From contig NW_003314355.1 in assembly GCF_000143415.4 (NCBI RefSeq), positions 515,410 through 579,409 of the forward strand: a stretch of 64,000 nucleotides of DNA, read 5' to 3'. Position 1 is the first letter of the stretch; every line of letters begins with the position of its first letter. Source of the stretch: Selaginella moellendorffii (taxonomy: Eukaryota > Plantae > Lycopodiophyta). The notes beneath the pieces were generated by a model, which was not told the DNA's origin, did not search any database, and saw nothing but the letters and a program-made list of their open reading frames with translations. The translations under genes and the position numbers were made by a program. This document shows positions 26,686 to 38,234 of this stretch, one piece after another.

Positions 26686-29600
26686 ATGGCCTTCAGGGTT
26701 GGGGAAAAGGTTTACATTTTGAATGGTGGGAAGAGAGTTGCAAAAGGGACCCTTGTGTCTATGGATCGGAACTTTGTTATACACTGTCAAAGGCTTGGGG
26801 AAGGCAATGCTGCTGTATCAGTAGAGACTGTCTTCGATGGGAATGTGGTCGCTATTGAACGAGGAGAGATGGTCATCGGGGTAAATGTTATTGTTGACTT
26901 GAAAAATCTTCAGAAGAAAGCAGATGTTGGGGACAGCGCAAGTGCGACGCATGTTCCCTCCGTGGATCTTAAGAACCGTGCTACATGGATTCAGGCGAAG
27001 GTGTTTCTAAACAACCCCGAGGGGGAGGTGGTAGCTGAGGGCTTAGCCACAGTTGTCGATCCAAGAGATGCGGTTGCTAATCAAGAATTGGGCTGGGATG
27101 ATATTGGAGTTGCGATTTTAGAGGTTGTTGACACAGAAGAAAACAGTCTGACTATTGGAAGCATTGTGCAGTGGAAATTGAGGCACTTAGTGTTTGAGAA
27201 TGTGAAGGATTCACAATCAAACACCACTACAACTGATGACAGAACATCTCTTCATGGGAAAAGAAAGTACACCTTCCTAAAGCGCAGCCAAAGGGATCTG
27301 AGCAACGAACCCAAAAGGCAGAAAATGGCGATGGAGGTTCGAATGGTCTTGACAGTTGCTTGTTGCAAGAGGAGGTGCTGTCAACATGCTGATTGGGATG
27401 CTATTGAAGAGGAGAGAGCAAGATACAAGACATTGTCCTGGAAGGCAGCTCGCAATTTTGTGTATGAGGCATTACGGTCATCTGTTGATGCTTCAGAACA
27501 TCAGGTGGGGGGCATGGTCTTCCAGAGGGGTTTGGTCTGCATGAAGGCATGGAGAATCATTTATGGAGTCCCTCGAACCACATTCTACAGAATCAAAACT
27601 GAGTTCGAGGAACAAAGGGTTCAACAGGCAGTCCATGGGAACGACGGTACGCACAAAACCAGGGGTCATGTTGTATATGGAGAGGCAATCTTCAAGAGGT
27701 TTGTCGAGACATGTAGCGAGCAGCAACCACATAAAACCCGCCTCTTGGAAGATGGAACACGAGACACCCAACGAGTTCTCCCTTCCATGTATACCAAGGG
27801 GGCCATATTGGAAGATGTGAATCGGGAACTCCAGAGTAATGGCTACAGGAAGCTGAGCCAATCTAGATTTAGTAGATTGTGGAGCAACAGGTTCAGGGAT
27901 GTGAGTATAGGAAAGTACTCCAGCTTTTCAAAGTGTGACGAGTGCACTGCTATCAAAATGGCTTTGTCAAAGAATTCTTGCAGCGCTCAAGAGCGAGAGA
28001 CGTTGGTTAGAAGGCGGCTCGACCACAACATCGAGCAGAGAAGCTGCAGGACTGCATATTATCATAACAGGATTCTCTCCATGGAGAGACCTGACTCTTA
28101 CCTCTGCATCATCCACAACAAAATGGACCAGAAAAAGACGTGCTTACCTCGACTCAATCCTGCCCCCAAGGCAATCTCTTCATCCATGCAGCTACCTGTG
28201 TCTCTGTTTGGCATAATCACTCATGGGCATGGTGCCCAGAACTATGGGAACTTCTTTGTACCTCTATGGGGTGGCGGGGGTGCAAACATGATGATTGCGT
28301 CCCTAGCAAAACACTTAAGGTCTCTGCAAAGTGCGCAGACTGAGCTGAACGGCCAGCCCTTGCATAAGGCCCTTGTCGATCAGGGTTCAGCTGGAGGAGG
28401 AGCAAAGGCTTGCAGTATCGCGTGGGGCCCCATGCCATCCCAGTGAATATGTTGGCCGTCAGATTGTAGGGTTATCACGTAAGGCCTCATGCCATTCCGA
28501 CGAGGCTGGTCGCCCGGTGAATGCACAGCCTCATCCAAACGAAGCAGAATCTCAAGGAAGTTCTTGCGGCCGATGTGGCCTTCCACCCCATCTTCTGCTC
28601 CAAACAGACAATGCTGGCAGTGAGAACAAAAACATGTACGTCTTCGCGTACTTGGCGATGCTTGTTGCCAAAGGCATATTTGAAACGGTTACACTTGGCT
28701 TTCTTATGGTTGGGCACACTCATGAAGACGTTGATGCCATGTTCAATCACCTGGCAGAGTCCCTCCGGCGATCCAATGTCCTCACCCTCCCACAACTCTA
28801 CGATGAATTCCAAAATTGCATCAAAGGCACTATTGAAGCTGCACTTCTGACAGAGGTTCTAGACTTTAAGGGGTTTGTAAGAGGCTACATCAGGGACGGA
28901 TCCGAAACGCTGATTGGCCACTCCAAGCCTCTTCAGTTTTATTTCAGCATGTGTGACGGTGCTCCAGTGATGAGGTACAAGATGAGAGAATGGGACACAG
29001 TGTGGCTGCCAGTGGACGGCATTGAACTCTTCAAGAGAGATCCCATAACTGGGGAACCTATGATTCCTCAGGGTTCCCCACGGCCGATGCACCCGGATGG
29101 ACTCAAAGACCAGGAAAGTATAGTGGCCGGGATTAGACAGCATATTGCCTTCTGGAAGAGGGGGTTGGTGTTTGGTGGAGAATCCTATTTTCAGAGGTGC
29201 AAGCCTTTGCTCGAATACTGGGAGAAGATTATATCTGCTATCCAAAATGGGCCGGTTGTATATGAAGAATTGGAAGAGTCCTTTTGGCCAGAACCCAGAG
29301 CACCAGATAGTAGCGGAACAATGTCCTCTGGAAATGCAGTGACAGATAACGATGTTGAGGATCACTATTGTGGGCCAAGGAACAAGAAGCCGGATTCAGC
29401 ATTCAATCCAGTACAGGTCTGTAAAGGAATGGTTGTGCTTGTCAGACCAAGTAATAAAAAACAAATGATATGGGTGGGGCGCTGCATCACTGATGCAGAG
29501 GAGGACGCAGAAACTAAGTCCTTCAATGTAATTGTGGAGTGGTTCAAGCCAAGTTCCGGATATACGAAGGATTGCCTAGAAAAGAGATGGGTGCTGAATC

Positions 29601-29816
29601 CAAGGGATCCCAGCATGAGCATATCGGTGGATAATGTTGTGCATGCTTGGATGCGGAAGCAGAGTGCCACCATCACCTTGCCAGACCATGCAAGAGATGC
29701 AACAAGAGCATTCATAACCCGGGTTCAAGGTGAGATTCATTAATATTCCTTTACTAAGTTTCTAATGTATTTTATTTCAAGGTGAACAATCCGAATCTGA
29801 ATCAGAGGAGGCGTGA
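26686..29816 (+). pseudogene. Sola1-like DDD transposase (about 1030 aa reconstructed), frameshifted by an 11-bp deletion at 28380/28381
   Basis: CCKRRCC, VCMKAW..IYGV, FSKCDEC, IIH(N)KMDQ, DNAGSENKN, GHTHEDVDAMF. Copy 1 shows the missing 11 bp (cgaaccccata). Last intron 29730-29781. Confidence 0.88.
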
Positions 29817-32800
29817 TGGCATGTGGCCTGAGATGATGTGACATATGCATTTACCAATCACACGTGCATAAATCTAATAATATGGCGTGTGGCCCATATT
29901 AATGGCACATAAACCCATATTGTGGGCTTACGTGCTTTATGTACCATCATTCCCTTGCAGCGTGTGTGTTGGTTTCCTTTTATAACACAACGAACTCCAT
30001 ATTTTAGGGTGAAGAGCGTTCTCATGGCAAGCACAAAATCTGTAAGTGAGGCAGAAAAGGAGACGGAGAAGGAGATAGGTGAAGATGTAGAATATATAAG
30101 TCTTTCAAACTCCCCGTACTATACTCCAGGTGATCATTTTTCTGAACAAACGGCAACATTAACAACTATCGAGAACGCCCCAGTAACGTCAGAGACAACA
30201 ATCGAAAGCAAAACAACTGACCCGGAGAAGGATGATAGTACCGCTGAGAGTACCAAAAAGGAGGTGTCCACTAGCGCTTAGGCTTATAATGGCGTGTGCC
30301 CTCATGCCATTTACTTGATCACCAAATACCTTTTTCCCTTTGCACTAGTATATCTTAATACCGGTCTGAGAAATAGAATGGCATGTGCCCTCAGGCCTTT
30401 TACTAAATCACCTTTGAAAGAAATGCAAGCCTTTATGTCGTAAAAAAAAGGTACTAGAGAAATTCCTTAATAATATGAATGTTATTTAGTTTCATGAAAA
30501 TACACTAAGGGTCAAATGAGTTAAATGACTTCTCCAGACTAGCAATGCCTCTTGCTACACCTTCACAATTAGATTCGTTAGAAAAAGATAACATTGAATA
30601 ATATCTAAATGTTCTCACCATTAAGTTATATGTCTGGCTAATAGGAATGACGTTCATCTTGGAAAGCTCACCACACGCTCAATGAACAAAAAAATAGTGT
30701 GTGCGCGCATGCCATCGCTCTTCTTTAGCTTCAGATTCGGCTTGTTCACCTTGACAATGAGATTTATTATACAACCAGATGGACACAGTCTGGACATAAA
30801 GTCACCGCGCTAGTCACCATGCCCCAGATATGTCTAGCCCCTGAACAAAAAACATATAATTTCACATCATTTTCAAATACTTGAAAATTTGTACCTAGTC
30901 CCATTTTACTGAATAAATCCCACTTTAACGAAATAGAGCTTTAATGGATAATTGGCCTAAGAGACAACCATATTGGTCTTGGCAAAAATACCTGGACACA
31001 AGTAAGAAGTGTCATAAAGGTAGGCTCGTGGAGCTGATGGTGTGGAGACACCAAAGGTGCCAAGGCGTGCTGCCTTGAGGTCAAGTTGGTGGGTTCATGA
31101 GAACCCCTTCCAAAGGAATACCAAGGGAAATGGGAATAGCATAGCCTAAGCTGGAAGGCATGCGGTTAGAGTGTAGTGACCCAGATAATGATGGAGGTGT
31201 GGAAGCACTAGCAATAAATTGTAGGACTTGACAACTATGAGGCAGCTAAAAAGGTGCAAAATAATTCATAAACTGGTAAAAGGCAACTACCTAAGACTTC
31301 TTATTGGGATAAGGAAGTTCAATATACCCTTATAAGGGATAAATTGTTTATGTTGCGACATAATAAGTCCATGTCGAAAAGGGAATGCTCATTGTCAGAG
31401 AGGCCATCATTGGAACACCCAAACACTCTAGAACACCAAAAAGGGGTATTTGGTGTCATAAGGGCAATGGATAATGCCCAAGGGACAAAATCCCTAGCAA
31501 ATGAAGGATAGGAGGTGCTATCCAAATGTCCAAGGTTATGGAAACAGGAGAAGTCCGTGTACCTAAATTGGACAAAGCCAAAGAGGGATTTTGGCAAGGC
31601 TAGTGATGGGCATATAAAGGCCCATAAGTAGCAACGGTGATCCTAGTGCGTGGGATTACAAGGTGAGTAAACCTAGATTGAGGAACCACTCCCTAGGCTG
31701 TCGGGTAAGTTCATCCTTATGAATATTTGCCAAGACATGGTAGAAAGTGCAAAGCTATCTTCCTAGTCTAGAGGAGAATAACCGAAGGAAATGTATAAGG
31801 CTAAAAGTCAAGTAGTATAGGGATAGAACTGAACTATAGGAATTGACAGGCATGACCAAGGGTGGTTATGCAAGTTGGGAGTGGAGAATCAAATGGGTGC
31901 TCAAGCATGTTGTTACTAGCGACCGGGATGCCATGGAGAGTCTAAAGCATGGGATTGTCCATGTTAGAATATATGGTAATTGGCAAGCTTGCGAAAGGAG
32001 AGGCCTTAGCAAGCCAAGGAACAGAGTTCCTTGAACGTTCCCTTAGGTAAATAAGTACCTAGTCAGCCAAGTGTAAATGGTTCATAGAGCGCGCGAAATC
32101 AGAGTGGTGCAGCAGAAGCGTGGTCTTGAAGCTTGTCATGAGACGAGGCTATCAAGATTGGGGAAGTAGTTCCCGAGTGTTTAAAGAGAGGGTTTTGAAT
32201 GAAAGTTGATGGTTAAGGACTTTCACACTTATGCATGAACCATGTTACGATGGCTGAATGACTTGCTAAGTGAGATTGGCAAGTTGGGGGGAACAAATCC
32301 CCTAGTTGAAGGTGCTAACTTCAAAAGGGGTGGCCCATGGGGCCCAGCATGGAGGAGTCCATGCATGATCACAAACTTGTCAAGCGAGAAGACTTGGCAG
32401 TGTGGAGGAACTACGTTCCTAAGCTGTGATTTATAGCGTGCTTTAAATACATGTTGGTGCACCGGCATGGGGACTCACACCAGGCATCCTGTGCGATGCC
32501 ATCTGTAGATACATATATGGAGGTTAGGTTCGAGTCCCAACCCTCTAGTGCTTGGGTTCGAGTCCCAAATCACTAGGGCGTGGTGATGGTTTGGAATATG
32601 AGGACACTCATTTTTCGGTGGTCATGGACTCTTAGTGAGGAGACTGGTTTGGGCACACTGCCAAGCGAGGGATGCCTCGGAGTCGTGATGCACGGTTAGA
32701 TTGCTTAGTGTGGCTCGGCATATCTAACTTGAACACTTTGGTGCGAGTGGCACTAAGGACGTGGTGAATGAGATGGGGACACCCAGTCTCAATTGCTATG

Positions 32801-35800
32801 GACCCTTAGCTGGAAGGGCTGGCTTGGGTGCACCGCCAAATGTGGGGGATGCCCCCGGGGTCATAGTCAACAATTTAAAAGGGTAGTTCCTATTGGTAGA
32901 CATATTAAGGGGTCAAGAGGATATCACTAGGTGATCTTGTGGCTAAACAAAGACAAGGTCTTTGTTTGGGTTAAGGAATATGATTCCCAGTTCAAAGTGT
33001 TGATTTGAACTATTGATAATGGTGTGACTTGGTCGAGGTGACCAAGTGAGAAGGACACCTAAAGGGAAATCAATTATGCCAATACGATGGTATAGTAAGT
33101 CCAAGAAAGTAGTCTCGGGGAGAGACCCATGGAAGGGTCGCAAAGTTGGGCCATGGACGAAGCCAGGAGCAAAAATTACTAAAGAGACCTACTAAGGGTG
33201 AGCACCCATTGGACTTAGCAAAGTAGAGCCTTTGCTATGGAACCAAAAGGATACCTCAAGAATGGAGGTAATGATCCTATGTTGCTCAGTGCAACAATCA
33301 ATGGATAACAGCAAAAGACTAGTGGCCAAGTGTGGGCCATGGAGTTCATTGGAAGGAATCCAAATGGCAAAGTTAAGCATGGAACACTAGTGTGTTAGAT
33401 GCTAACGGATTGTGAGAAAGGAAGTGTGCTTCCAAGGATGGATTCCCAAATGCGCCAAGTTAGCAAAAGTGAAAGTTCCAAAGGAGGGAACGGTGAAGTA
33501 GCCAAAGGATAGGGCCGTGGATAGCTCTAGCACAACTTACAATGGCTGGAATTTAGTGCCAAAAGTGGCATAAAATAGAAAGGAGGATGATGGCGCCCTC
33601 AAGTGGGGAGCTTCCTAGGATGGGAAGTGAAGTTGCACAATATGTGCAGTGAAAGGTGTCAAAGACACCAAAGAAATTGACTTCAAGAAGTCAAAATTAA
33701 AAAAGTTCCAAGGTGAATTGGTTAATGCCGTATACTAATATTAGCATAGTGGGATTTTGGTAGCCGTTAAATTGGTTTCAATTTTGTCAATAGAAGTTGG
33801 GACTACTCGAGAATGAATAGTGGAATTGAGTTAGAGAAGGTGTCTCTAAAGGGTTTAGTGAAAACTGAACCAATAAAAGGGAGCAAACCACCCTAGGTGG
33901 CCGAATGAGTCTCTATGTTGGAGAGACTATGCCCCTTAGAGGATGGACAAGGCATGGTGAGCCTTCGGGGTCAAACCATAGACAAATATTGGCTGGGTGC
34001 CAAAGATGGAAATGGTAATACTTGCGGGTGTTACTTTATAAAAGGGTTTACCGTTCGATGAGGACATCGAACTTCATCTATGGGTGGTGGAGTTATGAGA
34101 CACAAATCCCTAAGCCCCAAAGTGGAGCCGAAAGGGTGCCACGTGGTAGTGGCCGAAGCAAAAGCTAAACAAGCGTAACACGTTTGGACTAAAAGGCTCC
34201 GACTTGAAAGGTTGAGAGCAGGAGTGGAACTCCCAACGGAGTGCTCAAGGAACGAGCATGAAGCAAGCAATAAGCGAGGCTCCAAAAAGGGACCCAAAAA
34301 GACCAACACATGACACGTGGAAGTATCCGAGATGGAGTCCGAGATGTACTTGAGTTGGAGTCCGAGGTGGAGTCCGAGATGGAGTCCGAGATGGACCCGA
34401 GTTGGAGTCCGAGGTGGAGTCCGAGATGGACCGAGATGGAGTCCGAGATGGACACGAGCTGGAGTCCGAGGTGGAGTCCCAGATGGACCGAGATGGAGTC
34501 TAAGATGGAGTTCGAGATGGAGTCCGAGATGGACCCAAGATGGAGTTCGAGATGGACCCAAGATGGAGTCCGAGATGGAGTCTGAGACGGAGTCCGAGAT
34601 GGAGTCCGAGATGGACCCGAGATGGAATCCGAGATGGAGTCCGAGAAGGACCCGAGATGGAGTCCGAAGTCAAGACCGAGACCGGGACCGAGACCGAGGC
34701 CGAGACCAAGACTGAGACCGAGGCCGAGACCGAGACTGAGACCGAGGCCGAGGCCGAGTCCGAGTCCGAGCCCGAGCCCGAGCCCGAGCCCGAGTCCGAG
34801 TCCAAGTCTGAGTCCGAGTCCGAGTCCGAGTCCGAGTCTGAGAGGGTGAAAGCCCAAAGCATTTGTCTCCCAGACCCTGGGGGGTTTGGTGAGCTCCAAA
34901 AGTATAGTAAGGGGGAGGACTGCAATGGAGCCAATTTGGCCAGGAAAGGCCAGTTTGGCCCAGGAAGGCCAGACCCAGTGTTGGGTGATGAACTGACCAC
35001 TAGGAAGTCCAAGACTAGAGTGAATACGGACTAACAGGCAGGGTAGCTTGGTGAAGTGTGCAAGAGCCGGCTCTAGTTCCCCCGGGAGATCGATTGGCCG
35101 ATGCTCCCAGTTCAAGTGTGGGTGGCACTACCTACTTGGATACCTGGTGTGGCTCAACGGAACCTCGCTCTAAGCCCATGGCTAGAGCACCCAAAGGCGG
35201 AAGGTGGGGAGAGTACCCACGAAGCTTGTGTAAGGCCATGGTGTTCCGAAATGTTGTCCCAAAGGCCCAAACTATGGAAAGGAAGAGGAGTAGTCCTCTG
35301 GTGTAGTGACCAAGGATATAGTCGTGCGGTGAGGAAGTCCCAGAGGACCGTAGGACTTAGTGGTTGGGCCTGTGGGCCATGATCCAGTGGCAGTGTTGGC
35401 AAACACGGCCAAGGACAGAAAGGGACTTAGTGGGGACCAAAAAAGAGATATTGGGGAAGGCTATTCCCCATGTCTGCGGGCATCCTAAGGATGCTAAAGA
35501 GTGGATCTGGGATGACCACTCATAGACGGATAGCTCAGTCTTGGAGAGACGGGATTGCAATACAGGTGGTGTTGGACCACCGATGTGACCAAGGTGATTG
35601 GGCATGGCTTAGCGTAACAGGCTGGTATGTTGGTGGTGCCTTGGGGTGTCGGTCATGGAATCGGACACATGGAGCACTAGGACCAAGTGCAAAGGTTGAG
35701 TGGCATGGATGCTATTCTCGGGGCTAGCATGCCCTAAGTCCTGAGTGGGACTTATGGAGGTTGTGAATGAGACTCCTCCAAGTGGTCGAAGGTGTGGTTA

Positions 35801-35843
35801 AGTGACTAAAGTAGAATGGAAAAATTTAATCACTTACATTTCT

Positions 35844-37200
35844 TTGGTATGACTAGAGTTTTTTGACAATTTGTGAAAGTATTTTAAGAGATAGTAACTC
35901 CCTTGATCAATCTTCAATAGCACACATCAAAATATGCTACTATTAATAGTTAGGATGAGAAGTGTCAAGTGGCCTTTTAGCATTTAAAGTAGTGGTTTGT
36001 TTCTGCTCTTGTATTAAAGATTTTTTATCTTAAAAAGCCTCTTGCGGTCGAGACAGATGTAAATGACATTTCTATTGGGGCTGTTTTGCTTATATATGAG
36101 CCACAAGTTTGATGCCACACAACAGAATTAGCTTATTCGAGACAAAGAGTTGTATATTATAATTGTTGTTGTGAAGGAATGGTGACATTATTTGTATGGA
36201 TCTGACTTCCATATGGATTTAGACCATCAGTCTCTCTAGTATTTCAATTGTTCATCAGATCTTCGAGACTACCTTGCTTGTTAGCAAAGGTTCATGTAGG
36301 AAATATTTATTAAAATCCAGTACAAGCATGGAGGTGACAATAAGGTGGTTAATGCATTATTTAGGATGCTAAATTCTATCTCGTTTGTGAAGCTATCTAA
36401 TGATCTCTTGGATAGGCTTAAGGAGTTTGTTAACTTTGATTCCTTTAATTATTGATATTCACGCAAAGGTTTTATTGAGGGACACCTTTACAAATTTGAA
36501 GGGTGACAAGTTTGCGTCATTTGAGATACAAGATGGAATCCTAGTGAAAAAAGGATGTGTGGTGGTTTCTTGTATTGACAAACTCATCAACCTGATTTTG
36601 GTTGAATGCCATGATGTGCCAAGTGTTAAGCATCTGGGGGTATTGAGAATGTATATATTCATTTTTTTTAGCCTTGGATGAAGTCAGATGTTGAGAAGTA
36701 TATATATGGTTCTTTGATCTATCAAGCAATCAAAGTTGATCATCATAAGCTCATTAATCTCTATCATCCTTTATATGTACCTAACAATTGCTCACAATAA
36801 CACTTATCAATTAGTTATTGGCATGTCTCCATTAAAGTTAATATATAGCTATGAGCCTAAGTTTTCTGTAAGTTTGAGTTTGGCTTTAGTTTAGGTACCT
36901 TATGTTTTGGAGGATATGCAAGATAAATTTGAGTTGGCAAGATCGAGATAAAAGATTGGCTAATGAATATTGTTTATCATCATGAGTAAAACTTTAGTGA
37001 TAGGGTTTTCTTAAAACTGTCAGATGTACAATAATCTTTGAAAGGAGGTGGCAATACTAAGTTATCTCTACAGTATTGTGGGTTATTAATAATTTTCTAA
37101 AGTGAAAGCAAGTTCCCCCATATGTTGTATTTGCCAGCTAATTTCAAGATTCATCCAACATTCTATGTGAACAAGCTTAAAATGTGTTTGCACTCTAATG
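35844..37200 (+). mobile_element. Decayed Ty3/gypsy pol, 3' part (RNase H, integrase remnants)
   Basis: VETDVNDISIGAVL, RDKELY, HYLYGSDF, LILVECHDVPSVKHLG, FKIHPTFYVNKLK remnants. Confidence 0.8.
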
Positions 37201-38234
37201 ATATTATGCATTAGTCCATCATCCAAGTCCTAGAGATTGATGTTGAGAAGGCTAGTTTAGTTTAGGGTTTAGGGTAACTGTACTATTATATGATTTGACA
37301 TTCTCTTGTTTCCATAATTGCATTGTTATATATAAAAACCACATTATTTTCTTTCTTTTATGGCCATTTGTCATAATGTTCGTGTTGCCATTTGCACATC
37401 TTTTCTTCATGGCTGTATTACTTTGGACTTCTTTAACTTCTCAAGCTGCCATTCATGGCTGGGTCATGAGATATAAAAAATATTCAAAGAATATTCTATA
37501 GCATGTGGGATTTAAAGTCATAGTGCCTTAAGAGTCTAGGGTTTGCTCCTTGTTCTTTTTATGCATCCTGGTGAAGCATTCCCAGTTGTCTAATGAATCA
37601 ATATCAGACCTTTGACTTATTTTTGTGTCACAATTACATTTTGTTCTTTTGCCTTGTCATTCAAGCTTTTCAGTGATTCTTCCTATTTTTTATCATTCTC
37701 CATTTACATCTCTTGTGCTCATATTGCCGAAGCACCACTGCATACAACACATAATAAATTATTTATTTTATGCTAAGATCACAACTTAATAATATTTAAA
37801 ATGATTTCACAAGTTCCAAGTCTCTTGCCTAGAAAGAACATATCACCAAATTGTATTTGTGGATAACTATGAAGTATAGGATCATAACTTTACATTTGTA
37901 TGTTTAGGCTAGTGATAAGTTGGATCCATTCTTATGGCTAGTTTCAAATCATCCATCACTTATTGGCAACTTAATATATGTATCATATTGCTCTAGGTAA
38001 ACCTTCTTCTCTTTAAAATATATAGAGCTTTGTTTTTCTTCTCTTTGCAGTGAAGAAAGTAGCTAGCAAGATTTTCAATTTTTTTGTTCTTATTGCCACC
38101 TCTGTAACTGTAAGTGGTCATTAAGATCAGTCCACCAGATTATGAACGTATATGTATATCACAAATGTATAGTATATACTCATTCTTCCTATAGCCACCC
38201 ATTAAAACGGACTTTTGAGAGCATGTTTATTTCA

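Larger units (their letters stand above)
17776..30941 (+). mobile_element. Complete 13.2-kb Sola1-like DNA transposon with cargo gene, copy 2
   Basis: Perfect 24-bp TIRs AAGCTCTATTTCGTTAAAGTGGGA (17776-17799, 30918-30941), 4-bp TSD TAAT (17772-17775, 30942-30945). Empty site gtgctaatggata seen in copy A near 9760. Confidence 0.93.
15427..35838 (+). mobile_element. Complete non-autonomous LTR retroelement (LARD-like), copy B, carrying the nested DNA transposon
   Basis: 5' LTR 15427-16845, PBS TGGTATTGGAGC 16849-16860, PPT 34082-34093, 3' LTR 34094-35838, TSD TTTCT (15422-15426, 35839-35843). About 4.1 kb of own internal sequence without long ORFs. Confidence 0.92.

Noticed and set aside
17776-30941. 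Palindromic repeats as a CRISPR array or integron attC sites
   Set aside because: Spacing is irregular (70 bp to over 1.5 kb), copies sit in introns and exons of eukaryotic genes, and there is no cas or integrase gene.
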